NCBI RefSeq assembly: GCF_006345805.1
Contig: NW_021834211.1
Location: forward strand, 1-51,662
Origin: Octopus sinensis
Taxonomy: Eukaryota
Length of the DNA stretch: 51,662 nt
Direction of reading: 5' to 3'
In this document: positions 14,080 through 27,017 of the stretch, in pieces
Layout: every line of letters begins with the position of its first letter
How positions within the stretch are numbered: position 1 is the stretch's first letter
The notes under the pieces: generated by a model
The model's database searches: none
What the model saw: only the letters and a program-made list of their open reading frames with translations
What the model was told of the DNA's origin: nothing
Made by a program: the position numbers and the translations under genes

Positions 14080-14243
14080 AATTTAAATACAAAATGGGAC
14101 AAGAACGCAAAACATCCAGATAGACGAGGCAAAAAGCACGGACGGGTCATTCGAAGCCTTTAATCTTAAGTCAAGAACCGGATCATCCTCCCAATTTCGG
14201 CTGATTAATCTTGAGATTGCTCCAGTCTGGCCAGCTCCAAGGA
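14080..14243 (-). mobile_element. Second (TA)n-embedded element family (probable Penelope-like pLTR)
   Basis: An internally deleted copy occurs on + at 35028-35122 (tcaagattaatcagccgaaattg...gttcttgtccca); both sit next to (TA)n. Confidence 0.55.
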
Positions 14244-14796
14244 TATATATATATATCTATAAAAATATATATACACATTGGTATGCGAAATGTTTCAACA
14301 AAGTAACGTACCTGCATTGGACGTTCGACTCAAATGGAGTTACAATTTAAAACGCATGTTAGACTCGACTAGATTTGAACACAAATTTGCAATCTAAGTT
14401 GTGATATCCAACCGACCGAACCGGTGTTAAGCATAAATCTGCAACTTTATATATATACACACGACACGGCTAGAGCTTAAAAGAACTTTGACAATATGAA
14501 ATGCACACATGAGTGGAGATAAGCATATCTTTATAACCTCAAAAATGTATACCTCACACTGAGCTGCAGTTAAGCACAAATCTACCAACTTGTAAGATAA
14601 ATTCAACTTCTCTGAAGCTACGCACAACTTTGATAATCTGAAATACACGCACAAGTGTGGCTGTGTGGTAAGAAGTTTGCTTCCCAACCACATGGTTCAG
14701 AGTTCAGTCCCACTGCGTGACACCTTAGGTAAGTGTCTTCTACTATAGCCCATATATATATATATCCGTTGTCGATGCCGACCGGCGTTTATCAAG

Positions 14797-16261
14797 TGAT
14801 CCCCAAAAGACTAGATGGTCACAATTGGATGGTCACAATGGGAATATCTTTTGTCTTTAATCGACCGGCTCGGAGGGAGTTAGCTTGAGATTAAAACATT
14901 ATCCATTATGACCTTCCGTTTTTTAAGGTGTCAGGGAATGGTTTGAGGGAGATTTGGTCGCTATTTCTAGAACTAACTCTAACCTCTGACCTGAGGTTAG
15001 AGTTAGTTCCACGTGCATTCACAACCCAAATAACACCACAATTATAAACACAACCTCAACAACAACGACCACATGCGCACACACACACAACTACACCAGG
15101 ACAACAACATCAATAACAACCACAACAGCAACCACAGTGGAGGCGCAATGGCCCAATGGTTAGGGCAGCGGACCCGCGCGGTCGGAGGATCGCGGTTTCG
15201 ATTCCCAGATCGGGCGTTGTGTGTGTTTATTGAGCGAAAACACCTAAAGCTCCACGAGGTTCCGGCAGGGGTGGGGGGTGGCGACCCCTGTTGTACTCTT
15301 TGGCTCCAACTTTCTCTCACTCTTTCTTCATGTTTCTTATCCCCGGCTTCCTACGCAACCGCTGAGCCTGGATGCGCATTCATCCATCCGTCGATGCTCT
15401 CGGTGTCGGGGCTTGACCTGCTTTCTCTTCTGTGGGCCTTACGAATAGCAAAGGACCCCATTTCGGACTTCTCCCACTGGGACGAAGACCGCTTTGCTCA
15501 ACAAACAGCAACCACAACATTTAAACTCACAACAGGATTAGTCACATCAAACCAAACCACAATCATAACAATAGCAACCGCTTACGGGAGCGTTCACAAC
15601 AACGATGATAGCCACAACCGCGAACACCACAACTACAATAATAATGACACTTGTAAACAACATTTCCAACCAGAACAGAGCAACGATACTCACAACAATA
15701 ACTCTAACTGTAACAATCACACTCACAACAACAAAGTCACCACAAACAACAGTTGTAATACAACTTGGACTCCCAAAAGAAACACAACTAGCGTAGACAG
15801 CAACACCAATATTCACAACTCAGTCACAACTACCACATACAATGAGACCAATATTTACAACGCACCCACACTCACAACAACTACAGTGACCACAACAACG
15901 ATCGCAACAAAATCAGACTTACAACTACAGATAACACTGATATTCAAAACAACTCACTCAGACTTACAACACAACCACAACTCTTTCACAACTACGACAA
16001 CAATCACTGTCGTTACAACAATAATTTAGTAACAGTTAAAATAACAAGCGCAACAGTAAGGTGTCACTTACACAGTCACCTTACCTTCTAGAAATAGCAA
16101 CCAAATCTCCCTCGAATCATTCCCTGACACCTTAAAAAACGGAAGGTCATAATGGATAATGTTTTAATCTCAAGCTAACTCCCTTCGAGTAGGTCGATCA
16201 AAAACAAAAGACATTCCCGTTGTGACCATCCACTTGTGACCACCTAGTCTTTTAGGGATCA
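14797..16261. repeat. Inverted repeat, ~175-bp arms (14797-14972 and 16086-16261) around a ~1.1-kb spacer
   Basis: Arms are reverse complements with scattered substitutions, and share an internal ggtcacaa duplication. Confidence 0.9.
15137..15503 (+). mobile_element. Full-length tRNA-headed SINE, family E, with 13-bp TSD
   Basis: A box TGGCCCAATGG, B box GTTTCGATTCCC; aacagcaaccaca duplicated at 15124-15136 and 15504-15516. Confidence 0.85.
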
Positions 16262-16590
16262 GGGAGGGGCTACATTACTGAAATTGCTATTTCCTTGTTT
16301 AAGAATACGCACTGTCATTTGAGGGAGACTTGGCTCTTATTTCTAACAGATCGAATGATCACGTAGAAGATCCCACTGTAGATTTGGATGGAATGTTTGA
16401 ATAAAAGACGGGATGGTCATAGCTGGGACGGCTTTGACTAATGAATCAGCTGGATCAGTGTTGACCTGGGACAATGCAACAAATACAATGAATAAATCCA
16501 GTTGTTAACTACAACAAGACCAACAACAACATTTAAAGCACAAGAACGATCACACTACACGTTCGAAACAGGAATGGGCGCAGCAGACTT

Positions 16591-16966
16591 CTTTTACTTG
16601 TTTCAGTCATTTGACTGTGGTCATGCTGGGGCACCGCCTTTAGTCGAGCAAATCGACCCCAGGACTTACTCTTTGTAAGCCTAGTATTTATTCTATCGGA
16701 CTCTTTTGCCGAACCGCTACGTTACAGGGACGTTAAACACACCAGCGTCGGTTGTCAAGTGATGGTGGGGAGGACAAACATAGATACACACACACATATA
16801 TACATACGACGAGCTTCTTTCGGTTTCCGTCTATCAAATCCACTCACAAGGCTTTGGTCGGCTCGAGGATATAGAAGACATTTGCCCAAGGTGTCACGCG
16901 GTTGAATTGAACCCGGAACCTTGCAGTTGGGAATCAAACTTCTTACCACACAAGCACGCCTGCACC
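16591..16966 (-). mobile_element. Family A SINE, full length
   Basis: Collinear with other copies from tRNA head to tail. Confidence 0.9.
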
Positions 16967-17619
16967 TATCGAAACAACAATAATGACTACAAACGACCGA
17001 AAGAAAACTAAGTTTTTATTTAGGCATAAGACCACGAATTTTGAGGGGAGGGGTCAGTCGATACCACCGATTGCAGTACTTGAATGATACCTATATTATC
17101 GACTTCGGGGGGGATGAAAAGAAAAAACTGACCCCATGGTATGATTTAAACACAGAACGTAAAGAGCCGGTACAAAACAGCAATGCAATTTTTTTTGTTC
17201 AGATGCTCTAACGCTTCTACCTGTTCCGAAGCACAAGAATGGTCAAGGTATACACAGGTGAAACAGCACACGTTACCACAAAATAGCCGCAGTACATGTA
17301 TAATTACAATGAGAACTCGAAACAATATGAAGGGCCACCACATACAGGAGTGGACCCAAGAAGAGCCTGAGGGGCACGTGCGCATTTCTAAACAATGTTA
17401 CCATGCCATTTTCTTCTGGAATTGTATTCCTTTCTGACTTTGTGCCCACCCTTCGAAAAATTCCTGGGACCGCACCTGACATAACTGACCGACACACAAG
17501 AATCATTACAAAAACCACCCGAAACCAGAATGGTCACAAATAAACTCGAGGATGACCATAAATAAGCAGCAAGAATACAAGAATGACCACAAATATCTGC
17601 AATACAAGAATGACTATAA

Positions 17620-18450
17620 TACAAACCCGAAACACAAGACTGACCGCTCTACATACTAGTAACACAAAGTGACCACACTATATCATACCCCAACACAAAT
17701 GTGACTGCACTATACAGTCGAAACACGAAAGTGATTTCACTACACAGCCGAACATACAGATGTGACCAAACTCTACACCCGAAACACAAATGTGACTATA
17801 CTATAAATTCAAGACACAAGTGCAAGCACCCTGTATACCTGAGACACAAATGTGAGCTCACTATACACCCGAAACACAAAAATGACCTACTATATACCCG
17901 GAATATAGATGTCAGTACACAATACATCCGAATCAGAAAAGTGATTCTACTATATACCCGAAACACAAATGTAAGCACATTATAAACCCGAGACACAAAA
18001 GTGATTTCACTATACAGCCGACACACAGATGAGTACACAATATACCCGAAATATAAATGTGAGTACATCATATATATACTCGAAATGCAGAAGAGATTTC
18101 ACTATGTACCCGAAACACAAACTTGACCCACCTATATACGCAAAATATAAATAAATGTAGTACATCATACACCCGAAATGCAGAAGTGATTTCTCTATAG
18201 ACCCGAAATGCAAAAGTGATTTTTCTTATATACCCGAAACACAAACGTGGTCTACTACATACCCGAAACATAAATGTGAGTACATCATACACCTGAAATA
18301 CAAAAGCGATTCTAATATACATCCAAAACAAAAACGTGACCCACCAAACACCCGAAACGTAAATGTGAATACGTTATACACCCAAGACATATAAAAATGA
18401 ATTCACTATACAACCGAAACGTAAAGGGACCACAGTTTACACCCGACACA
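17620..18450. repeat. Diverged minisatellite, ~29-30-bp unit (ctatacacccgaaacacaaatgtga...)
   Basis: The acccgaaacacaaa core recurs every ~29-30 bp for ~830 bp. Confidence 0.9.
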
Positions 18451-18987
18451 GAAAATGGGCCAGAAATAAGCAACCGAAATGGAAATAGCAAGAAGGATCA
18501 CTAAGAAAGAACACTTGGGAAAAAAAATTAACACCTGGGAAGAAATGAATGAACACCTGGGAGGAAAAGAGCGACCATAGTACTCGGAAGCAGAATAATC
18601 GCAAGAAATAAGCCGGCACTCTCTAAGAATGACCGCACTAAACAGCTGACACAGCAACAGTGACCAAGAAAATAAACAGTGGAAGCCACAACAGAGACAC
18701 GAGACAACGTGCAGTTCCCGACATAGCTTGGATATATTTCACGTATGAATCTCTCTCACTTTCTCTCACTCTCTCTCCAAACAGTCACACAGCCTCAATA
18801 AACAATAATGACCACAGCGACAACAACAACAACAACACTAAAAACACCGATCAACGATGGAGCTTCTAGGCGGTCACTTACTCGACCTGCTGAAAAAAAA
18901 AATAGCAGCCAGACCTCCTTCAAATCACACACACACCCACACCTACTGTTTTAGGGTATACATCATGTGCGATATATATATATATAT

Positions 18988-19399
18988 CTTTTACTCTTTT
19001 ACTTGTTTCAGTCATTTGACTGTGGCCATGCTGGAGCATCACCTTTAGTCGAGCAAATCGATCCCAGCACTTATTCTTTGTAAGCCTAGTACTTATTCTA
19101 TCGGTCTCTTCTGCCGAACCGCTAAGTTACGGGTACGTAAACACACCAGCATCGGTTGTCAAGCGATGTTAGGGGGACAAACACAGACACACAAACATAT
19201 ACACACACACTTACATATAAATATATACATATATACGACGGGCTTCTTTCAGTTTCCGTCTACCAAATCCACTCACAAGGCTTTGGTCGACCTGAGTCTA
19301 TAGTAGAAGACACTTGCCCAAGGTGCCACGCAGTGGGACTGAACCCGGAACCATGTGGTTGGTAAACAAGCAAATTACCACAGAGCCACTCTTACGCCT
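18988..19399 (-). mobile_element. Family A SINE, full length
   Basis: tRNA head, ccttgggcaagtgtct CORE-like segment, internal microsatellite, gtaaaaga tail repeats. A family B 3' fragment follows at 19414-19555. Confidence 0.9.
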
Positions 19400-19583
19400 A
19401 TATATATATATCCCGAAGTCGACTTTGCCTTTCATCCTTTCGGGATCGATAAATAAAGTACAGTTACACACTGGGGTCGATGTAATCGACTTAATCCGTT
19501 TGTCTGTCCTTGTTTGTCTCCTCTATGTTTAACCCCCTATGGGCAATAAAGAAATATATATATATATATACATATATATATAC

Positions 19584-19620
<37 letters not shown>

Positions 19621-20259
19621 CGCTAGTTCGATCCTGGTCTCGACTCGGTGTTAAACAATAACATAAGTAATAACAGCAACAACGAAATGTGTTTGTGATT
19701 ATTCCCGTGTCTGAGTTCGCTTGGTGTGTTTTTAAAACTGTCACTGTTCTGGTGACAGCCACGACAATAACAACGCTCTTATGACCTCAATGGTCATAAT
19801 AACTATTTATAACTATAACCTCGGACAGACACCATTAACCACAAGGGAGTCTGTACATGGCTCGTTCCACATGCTAGAAATAACAGCCAGTTGCCCTCCA
19901 CCAATACATCGACTTTTATTTCACACAGTACCGTATTTGTTACAAAAGAAAACAAAATATATTAAATGAAAACTAAAATAAACAAAATAAAATAAAATAA
20001 TCAGCGAGGTTGTCACGGGTGGAATATCATTCATTAATCGTAAACCTTTTACTCTCAGACAGAACTGACCTGTAGCTGAACAATAACAAAAGAGCAACAA
20101 CAGGAAAACACAACAATAATAATAATAATAATAAGCGAACGAAAAAAAAAAACCCCGACCGCAGCATAGCCAACCAGGCAACCACCGCGATAAGAACATT
20201 ATTTATAAAGTGTAACAACTATCAAGTGACGAGGACCAAAAACTGTGGATTTTACTCAC

Positions 20260-20356
20260 AGGTTTGCGTTCGTTTGGCGTGTGTGTCCATCGACAACCAG
20301 GTAAAAATCCATAGAAAACAGCCGTAGCGTAATATCCAGTCCGAAAGGCACGCCAT
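20260..20356 (-). CDS. Putative first coding exon of a secreted or membrane protein (signal peptide), followed by a phase-1 intron
   Basis: ATG at 20356 in cACTATGG context (A at -3, G at +4), with in-frame TAA TGA just upstream. Encodes MACLSDWILRYGCFLWIFTWLSMDTHAKRTQT plus 1 nt, then consensus donor GTGAGT at 20259-20254. Non-repetitive sequence. Confidence 0.7.
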
Positions 20357-20616
20357 AGTGTCTCGCTCTCATTAGAACTGCCTGCATGGATTCCGGCGGT
20401 ACTCCATGTGTTGTAGTAAATAACAGAGACAGCGGTGCGCGGCGATAGCTTAATGCTCGGTGCTTGCTGGTAGTAGTAGTAGTAGTAGTAATAGTAGTTG
20501 TAGTAATAGTAGTAGTAGTAGTTGTAGTAACAATAATAGTAGTAGTAGTGATTGTGGTGGTGGTGGTGATGGTGGTGGTAGTTGTGGTATAGTGATGCTG
20601 CTGGTGGTGATGGTGA

Positions 20617-21272
20617 TGGTGGTGGTGGTGGTGGTGGTGGTACCGGCAGAGGCATCCGACAGCAGCAGCAGCAGCAGCAGCGGTAACAACAGCAGTTGTT
20701 AGTAGCGGTTGCTGCTGCTGATGTTGGTGGCGATGGCGGTGGTGGTGGTGGTGGTGGTGATGGTGGTGGTGGTCAGAGTGATGTTGCGTGCTGCTGCCGT
20801 AAAGGCGACGACGGCGGCGGCTGCTCCTGTGGTGGTGGTGGTGGTGGTGGTGGTGGTGGTGGTGGCGGAGGCGGTGATGACGGTACCTCTGTTCATGTGT
20901 GTGCATACGCGCGTGTGTATGCGCGTGTGTTCGTATGTGTGTGTGTATGCGTATATATATATATACGTATACTGTGGGTGTTTGTGTGTGTGTGTGTGTG
21001 TGTTCTGATAGAGATGGTGATGACGGAGGCGTGACGACAGATGTGGCGGTAGTGTTGGTGTTATAGTAGAAGTATGCGGTGCAGTTAATTTAGTGGTGGA
21101 GGTGGTGATAGTGGTGGTGGTGATGGTGATGGTGGTGGTGGTGGTGGTGGTAGTGGTATTACTATGCGATAGTGCAGCTGATAGAAACGATGGTGGTGGT
21201 GGTGGTTGTGCTCGTAGTGATGGTGGCGCTGCTGGTGGTGGCCATTGAAGGTGCTAATGTGTGTGCGTGTGT

Positions 21273-21322
<50 letters not shown>

Positions 21323-21480
21323 TGGCGTCGGCGGTACGAGATTCTGTAATGATAATCGTTAGAGGCGGAGGATGAGGAGAAGTAGGAGATGGGTTATTAA
21401 TAATAATATTGATGATGATGATGATGATGATGATGATAATAATAATAATAATAATGAATAAAAATAATAATAATAATAAC

Positions 21481-21530
<50 letters not shown>

Positions 21531-21633
21531 TAATAATAATAATAAAATAATAATAATAATAATAATGATGATAATAATAATAATAATCACAACAGCAACA
21601 CCGGTAACAACACCAGCAACAGCAGCAGCAGCT

Positions 21634-21680
<47 letters not shown>

Positions 21681-22212
21681 GTGTATGTTTGTGTGTGTGT
21701 GTGCGTATGTAACAGAAGTTGGTGTTGGCGACGAAGACTTTTTGACTCTAGACGAAGTTAGCGGCGGCGGCGGCGACGCCGGTAGAAAATCATCAGCAGC
21801 AGCAGCGACCGTTACGGTAGTGGTAGTAGGAGTAGTAGCAGTAGTAGTGTTGTTGTTGTTGGTGGTGGTGGTGGTGGTGGTGGTACGGCAGAGGCATCCG
21901 ACAGCAGCAGCAGCAGCAGCAGCGGTAACAACAGCAGTTGTTAGTAGCGGTTGCTGCTGCTGATGTTGGTGGCGATGGCGGTGGTGGTGGTGGTGGTGAT
22001 GGTGGTGGTGGTCAGAGTGATGTTGCGTGCTGCTGCCGTAAAGGCGACGACGGCGGCGGCTGCTCCTGTGGTGGTGGTGGTGGTGGTGGTGGTGGTGGCG
22101 GAGGCGGTGATGACGGTACCTCTGTTCATGTGTGTGCATACGCGCGTGTGTATGCACGTGTGTTCGTATGTGTGTGTGTATGCGTATATATATATATATA
22201 TACGTATACTGT

Positions 22213-22244
<32 letters not shown>

Positions 22245-22522
22245 TCTGATAGAGATGGTGATGACGGAGGCGCGACGACAGATGTGGCGGTAGTGTTGGT
22301 GTTATAGTAGAAGTATGCGGTGCAGTTAATTTAGTGGTGGAGGTGGTGATAGTGGTGGTGGTGATGGATGGTGGTGGTGGTGGTGGTGGTAGTGGTATTA
22401 CTATGCGATAGTGCAGCTGATAGAAACGATGGTGGTGGTGGTGGTGGTGTGCTCGTAGTGATGTGGCGCTGCTGGTGGTGGCCATTGAAGGTGCTAATGT
22501 GTGTGCGTGTGTGGGTATGTGT

Positions 22523-22563
<41 letters not shown>

Positions 22564-22753
22564 TGGCGTCGGCGGTACGAGATTCTGTAATGATAATCGT
22601 TAGAGGCGGAGGATGAGGAGAAGTAGGAGATGGGTTATTAATAATAATATTGATGATGATGATGATGATGATGATGATAATATAATAATAATAATAATAT
22701 AATAATAATAAAATAATAATAATAATAAATAATAATAATAATGATAATAATAA

Positions 22754-22790
<37 letters not shown>

Positions 22791-22915
22791 TAATAATAAT
22801 AATAATATAAAAATAATAATAATAATAATAATAATAAAATAATAATAATAATATAATAATAATAATAATCACAACAGCAACACCGGTAACAACACCAGCA
22901 ACAGCAGCAGCAGCT

Positions 22916-22966
<51 letters not shown>

Positions 22967-23144
22967 GTGTATGTTTGTGTGTGTGTGTGCGTATGTAACA
23001 GAAGTTGGTGTTGGCGACGAAGACTTTTTGACTCTAGATGAAGTTAGCGGCGGCGGCAGCGACGCCGGTAGAAAATCATCAGCAGCAGCAGCAGCGACCG
23101 TTACGGTAGTGGTAGTAGGAGTAGTAGCAGTAGTAGTGTTGTTG

Positions 23145-23176
<32 letters not shown>

Positions 23177-23177
23177 G
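20617..23177. repeat. Tandem duplication of a ~1.25-1.3-kb trinucleotide-repeat-rich unit (junction ~21860)
   Basis: Unique anchors (ggcagaggcatccgac, cggtacctctgttcatg, gacgaagactttttgactctag) each occur twice in the same order. Confidence 0.92.
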
Positions 23178-23351
23178 TTAGTGGTGGCGAGAGAGAGAGA
23201 GAGGAATAGGCGGAGTAGACTTGTTTCTGGCTGTTGCTGTATTAGAAAAATGTTGAAGCTGTGGTCGGAGGTGGTGGTCCGTTTGGAAAGAGAAGAGCTG
23301 CGTTGACAATATCAACAACCAGAGCAACAAGTGCTGCATATATACATACAT

Positions 23352-23385
<34 letters not shown>

Positions 23386-23597
23386 ATATATATATATATA
23401 TATCGAAACAGGGGCAGCTGATGAAGGGGAATTTTCCTTGTATTGTTTGTCTTGTACTCTGTTTTTTTCGTTGTTAAAAAAAAAGTCCGTTTCCTTGTTT
23501 GATTTTATGTTTTCGTTTCTCGTTGTGTTCTACGTTTATTTGTGGTGTCCTGTACTCATATATGCATGTATATATACATATAGATGTAGGTATGTAC

Positions 23598-23630
<33 letters not shown>

Positions 23631-24026
23631 TGCATATGTTTTATCTATTAAATTGTTATCATATATATATATATATATGTATATATGTATATATGTATAT
23701 ATATGGTTGTTATTGGTTCTGTATTATTTCAGTATTATTGTGTTCGAGTGTGATATGATGTTATCGTTGTCTCTCTTATCATGCATCTATGTGTGTGTAT
23801 GTGATATAGATGTGTGTATGTGTGTTATATCATTGCTATATATATATATATATGTTTGTGTGTATGCGTGCGTCTTATGTTATCATTTTGTGTGCGTGTG
23901 ATATTGGTATATGTGTGTCTGTATGTGTGTGAGTGTTATACTATTGCTATGTATGTCTGTATGCGTGTGATGTTATCAATGTATATTTGTGTAATATTAT
24001 CGATATGCATGTTATCATTCTCTCTC

Positions 24027-24063
<37 letters not shown>

Positions 24064-24682
24064 GTGGTGAGGAACTCCCCGCTTTTGGAGGGAATTTCTA
24101 CTGTTTAATTGTCTTATTAATAGTTTTTATTACTTATTGTATACACGTTAATGTTCAACACCCCCATTTGTCCCCTTGCATGGTCCCTATGTGTTTTAAC
24201 GTTCGATCCTTATAACCAGTAAAAAAAAAAAATCATTATCATAATGGGTGAGTATGTGATATATCAATGTATATATATATATGTACGCCTTTTTATAATA
24301 TTCTATGCAGTTTCTGCTTATGTGAATACGTGATATTATTAAGCTATCTTTATTTACTATCAACGCGTGTGTACGAGCTTCTTATTATCGTGTATAACGT
24401 TTGATATTTACTTATTTACCTGTCCACGTACGCATATATTGGTGCTTTTGACTTTAACTCTTATTAAATCCGAGTATAATTACTATTAACTCTTATTATA
24501 ATTACTGTTATTTCTGCTTCCCTTAGTTACGTGTCGGTTTTCCTGTCTGTGTGTGAGAGCTTGTATTCGGCCGTCTCTATAACATTAATGTATATGAAGG
24601 TATTTTCCCAGCGTGGTTTTCAACGATTGAACATAGAATATTTCATAGCATGTATCTACGTGAATGGGGAAATGTTTTTCTT

Positions 24683-25216
24683 GCGCAGGAGTGGCTGTGT
24701 GGTAAGTAGCTTGCTTACCAACCGCATGGTTCTGGGTTCAGTCCCACGGCGTGGCACCTTGGGTAAGTGTCTTCTACTATATATTTCTTTACTACCCACA
24801 AGGGGACAAACAAGGACAGACAAAGAGATTAAGTCGATTACATCGACCCCAGTGCGTAACTGGTACTTAATATATCGACCCCGAAAGGATGAAAAGCAAA
24901 GTCGACCTAGTCTCGGGCCGACCAAAGCCTTGTGAGTGGATTTGGTAGACGGAAACTGAAAGAAGCCCGTCGTATAATATGTATATATATGTATGTGCGT
25001 GTATGTTTGTGTGTCTATGTCTGTCCCCCTAGCATTGCTTGACAACCGATGCTGGAATGTTTACGTCCCCGTCACTTAGCGGTTCGGCAAAAGAGACCGA
25101 TAGAATAAGTACTGGGTTTACAAAAGAATAAGTCCCGGGGTCGACTTGCTCGATTAAAGGCGGTGCTCCAGTATGGCCACAGTCAAATGACTGAAACAAG
25201 TAAAAGAGTAAAAGAG
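24683..25216 (+). mobile_element. Family A SINE interrupted by an antisense family B 3' fragment (24782-24907)
   Basis: The A consensus cttctactata|gcctcgggccgacc is split by tttctttactacccacaaggg...aagtcgacc. Confidence 0.88.
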
Positions 25217-25307
25217 AACGAGCCCAAGTAAATCTTGATCAGGTAGAACGATAATCAAAGGACATCTTGACTATTAACATAGGTGCAGTTGTATGGTTAA
25301 GAAATTA

Positions 25308-25639
25308 AGGCGCGTGGTTTATTGCCTAGGGTGTTCGACTCACGATCGTAAGTTCGAAAGTTCGATTCCTAGCGGGGTGCTGTGTTCTTCGGCAAGACAT
25401 TTTATATCAAGTTACTCCACTCCACTTCACTCAGGTGGCAAGAATAAGCTGTAGCTGTAATTGTCCCCAGCTTTGTTACATTCTCTGTCACGCTGAATCT
25501 CCCTGAGAACTACGTTAAAGTTTATACGTGTCTGCGGAGTACTCAGCCACCTGCAAGTTAATTTCACGAGATGGCTGTTCTGTTGATCGGATCAACTGGA
25601 ACGCTCATCGTCGTCGTCGTCGTAACCGACGGAGTGCCA
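25308..25639 (+). mobile_element. Family D SINE
   Basis: ggcgcgtgg head, GTTCGATTCC B box, ends gtaaccgacggagtgcca; homologous to 5043-5345. Confidence 0.75.
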
Positions 25640-26279
25640 GAATAACAGTTAAGAAGCACGCTTGGGAACCCCGTCGTTCCGAGTTCGTTTCCACTGCGCG
25701 GCACCTGGGACAAGTGTTTTTTACTATAGCTCCAGAACTTCCTATTTCTTGAAAGTATATTCAGTAGATGGAGGCTGTGCGGAACCCCGCAGTATGTGTG
25801 TGTACAAACACACACACACACTCATATATATAATGTGTGTGTACTTGACAACCGTTGCTTGTTTGTTTATGTCACTGTAATAAACGGTTCAGCAAAAAGA
25901 AAACGTGTACTTGACAACCATTGTTGGTTTGTTTATGTCCCTGTAATAAAGGGGTAAAAAAACCCCCAAAAAACAACTGAAAAAGTGCCAATCTTAGAAA
26001 TTTGATTGACTATACTCTTTCAGGTTGTGCTCCAGCAAGGCCGCACTCAAATTACAAAAGCACCTTAAAGAATAAAAGAAATCTCCGGGCTTTCTTTCTG
26101 TTCTCCGGACTTTGCTAAGTGTTTCTTTGTGTAAACAGTAAGGAGATTTAGCTGCTATTTCTAACAGGTCGAGCGATCCCTTACAGCTACCGCTTATCAA
26201 TGCGTATTGCGTGTGTGCATTTTTGCGTGCGTCTTTCTGTATGTGTACGTGTGTGTGTGTGTGCGATTATTATTATTTT

Positions 26280-26924
26280 ATTCTTTTATTTGTTTTTCAG
26301 TCTGTTGACTGTGGCCCTGCTGGAGCATCGCATTGAAGGGTATAGTCGAACAAATCGACTCCAGGGCATTTTTTCATCTTTTTTTTTCTTAGTATATCAT
26401 TCTCTTTTGCTGAACCGCCAAGTTACGGGGTCGTAAACACACCAACACCGGTTATCAAGCGGCATGGGAAGACACACACACATTGACACACACATAGATA
26501 CATACATAGATACATACATACAGGCTTCTTTCAGTGTCCGTCTACCAAATCCGTACACAAGGCTTTTGGACAGCCCAAGGCTATAGCAGAAGACACTTGC
26601 CCAAGGTACCACGCAGTGGGACTGAACCCAGAACCATGCAGTTGGCAACCAAGCTTCTTACCACACGACCACGCCTGTACCTTTGTATGTCTTCTTTTCT
26701 TTTAACTTGTGTCACTCATTCGACTGTGACCATGCTGGAGCACCGCCTTCAGGAACTTTTAATTGAACGAATCGAACCCACCGGAACTTTTTTTTAAAAC
26801 TCGGTACTTATTATGTCCGTCTCTTCTTCCGAACTGCTAAGTTACGCAAACGTAAACAAATCAACCCCGGTTATCACGCAGTGGTGAGAGACAATACAAC
26901 ACACACACACATACACACACACAT

Positions 26925-27017
<93 letters not shown>

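Noticed and set aside
15139-15215. tRNA-like sequences with A and B boxes (also at 1050, 25308, 39796)
   Set aside because: They are SINE heads continuing into SINE bodies; no complete cloverleaf was found.
15073-16029. 318-aa Thr/Asn-rich mucin-like ORF
   Set aside because: It reads through a SINE bounded by a TSD and (ACA)n low-complexity DNA.
17620-18450. CRISPR-like periodicity (also 10805-11300)
   Set aside because: No unique spacers, no cas genes, eukaryotic context; these are minisatellites.
23404-23440. GAAAC...CTGATGA next to (TA)n
   Set aside because: Only 8 nt separate the boxes and no stems or cleavage triplet form; kept only as weak support for the permuted family.
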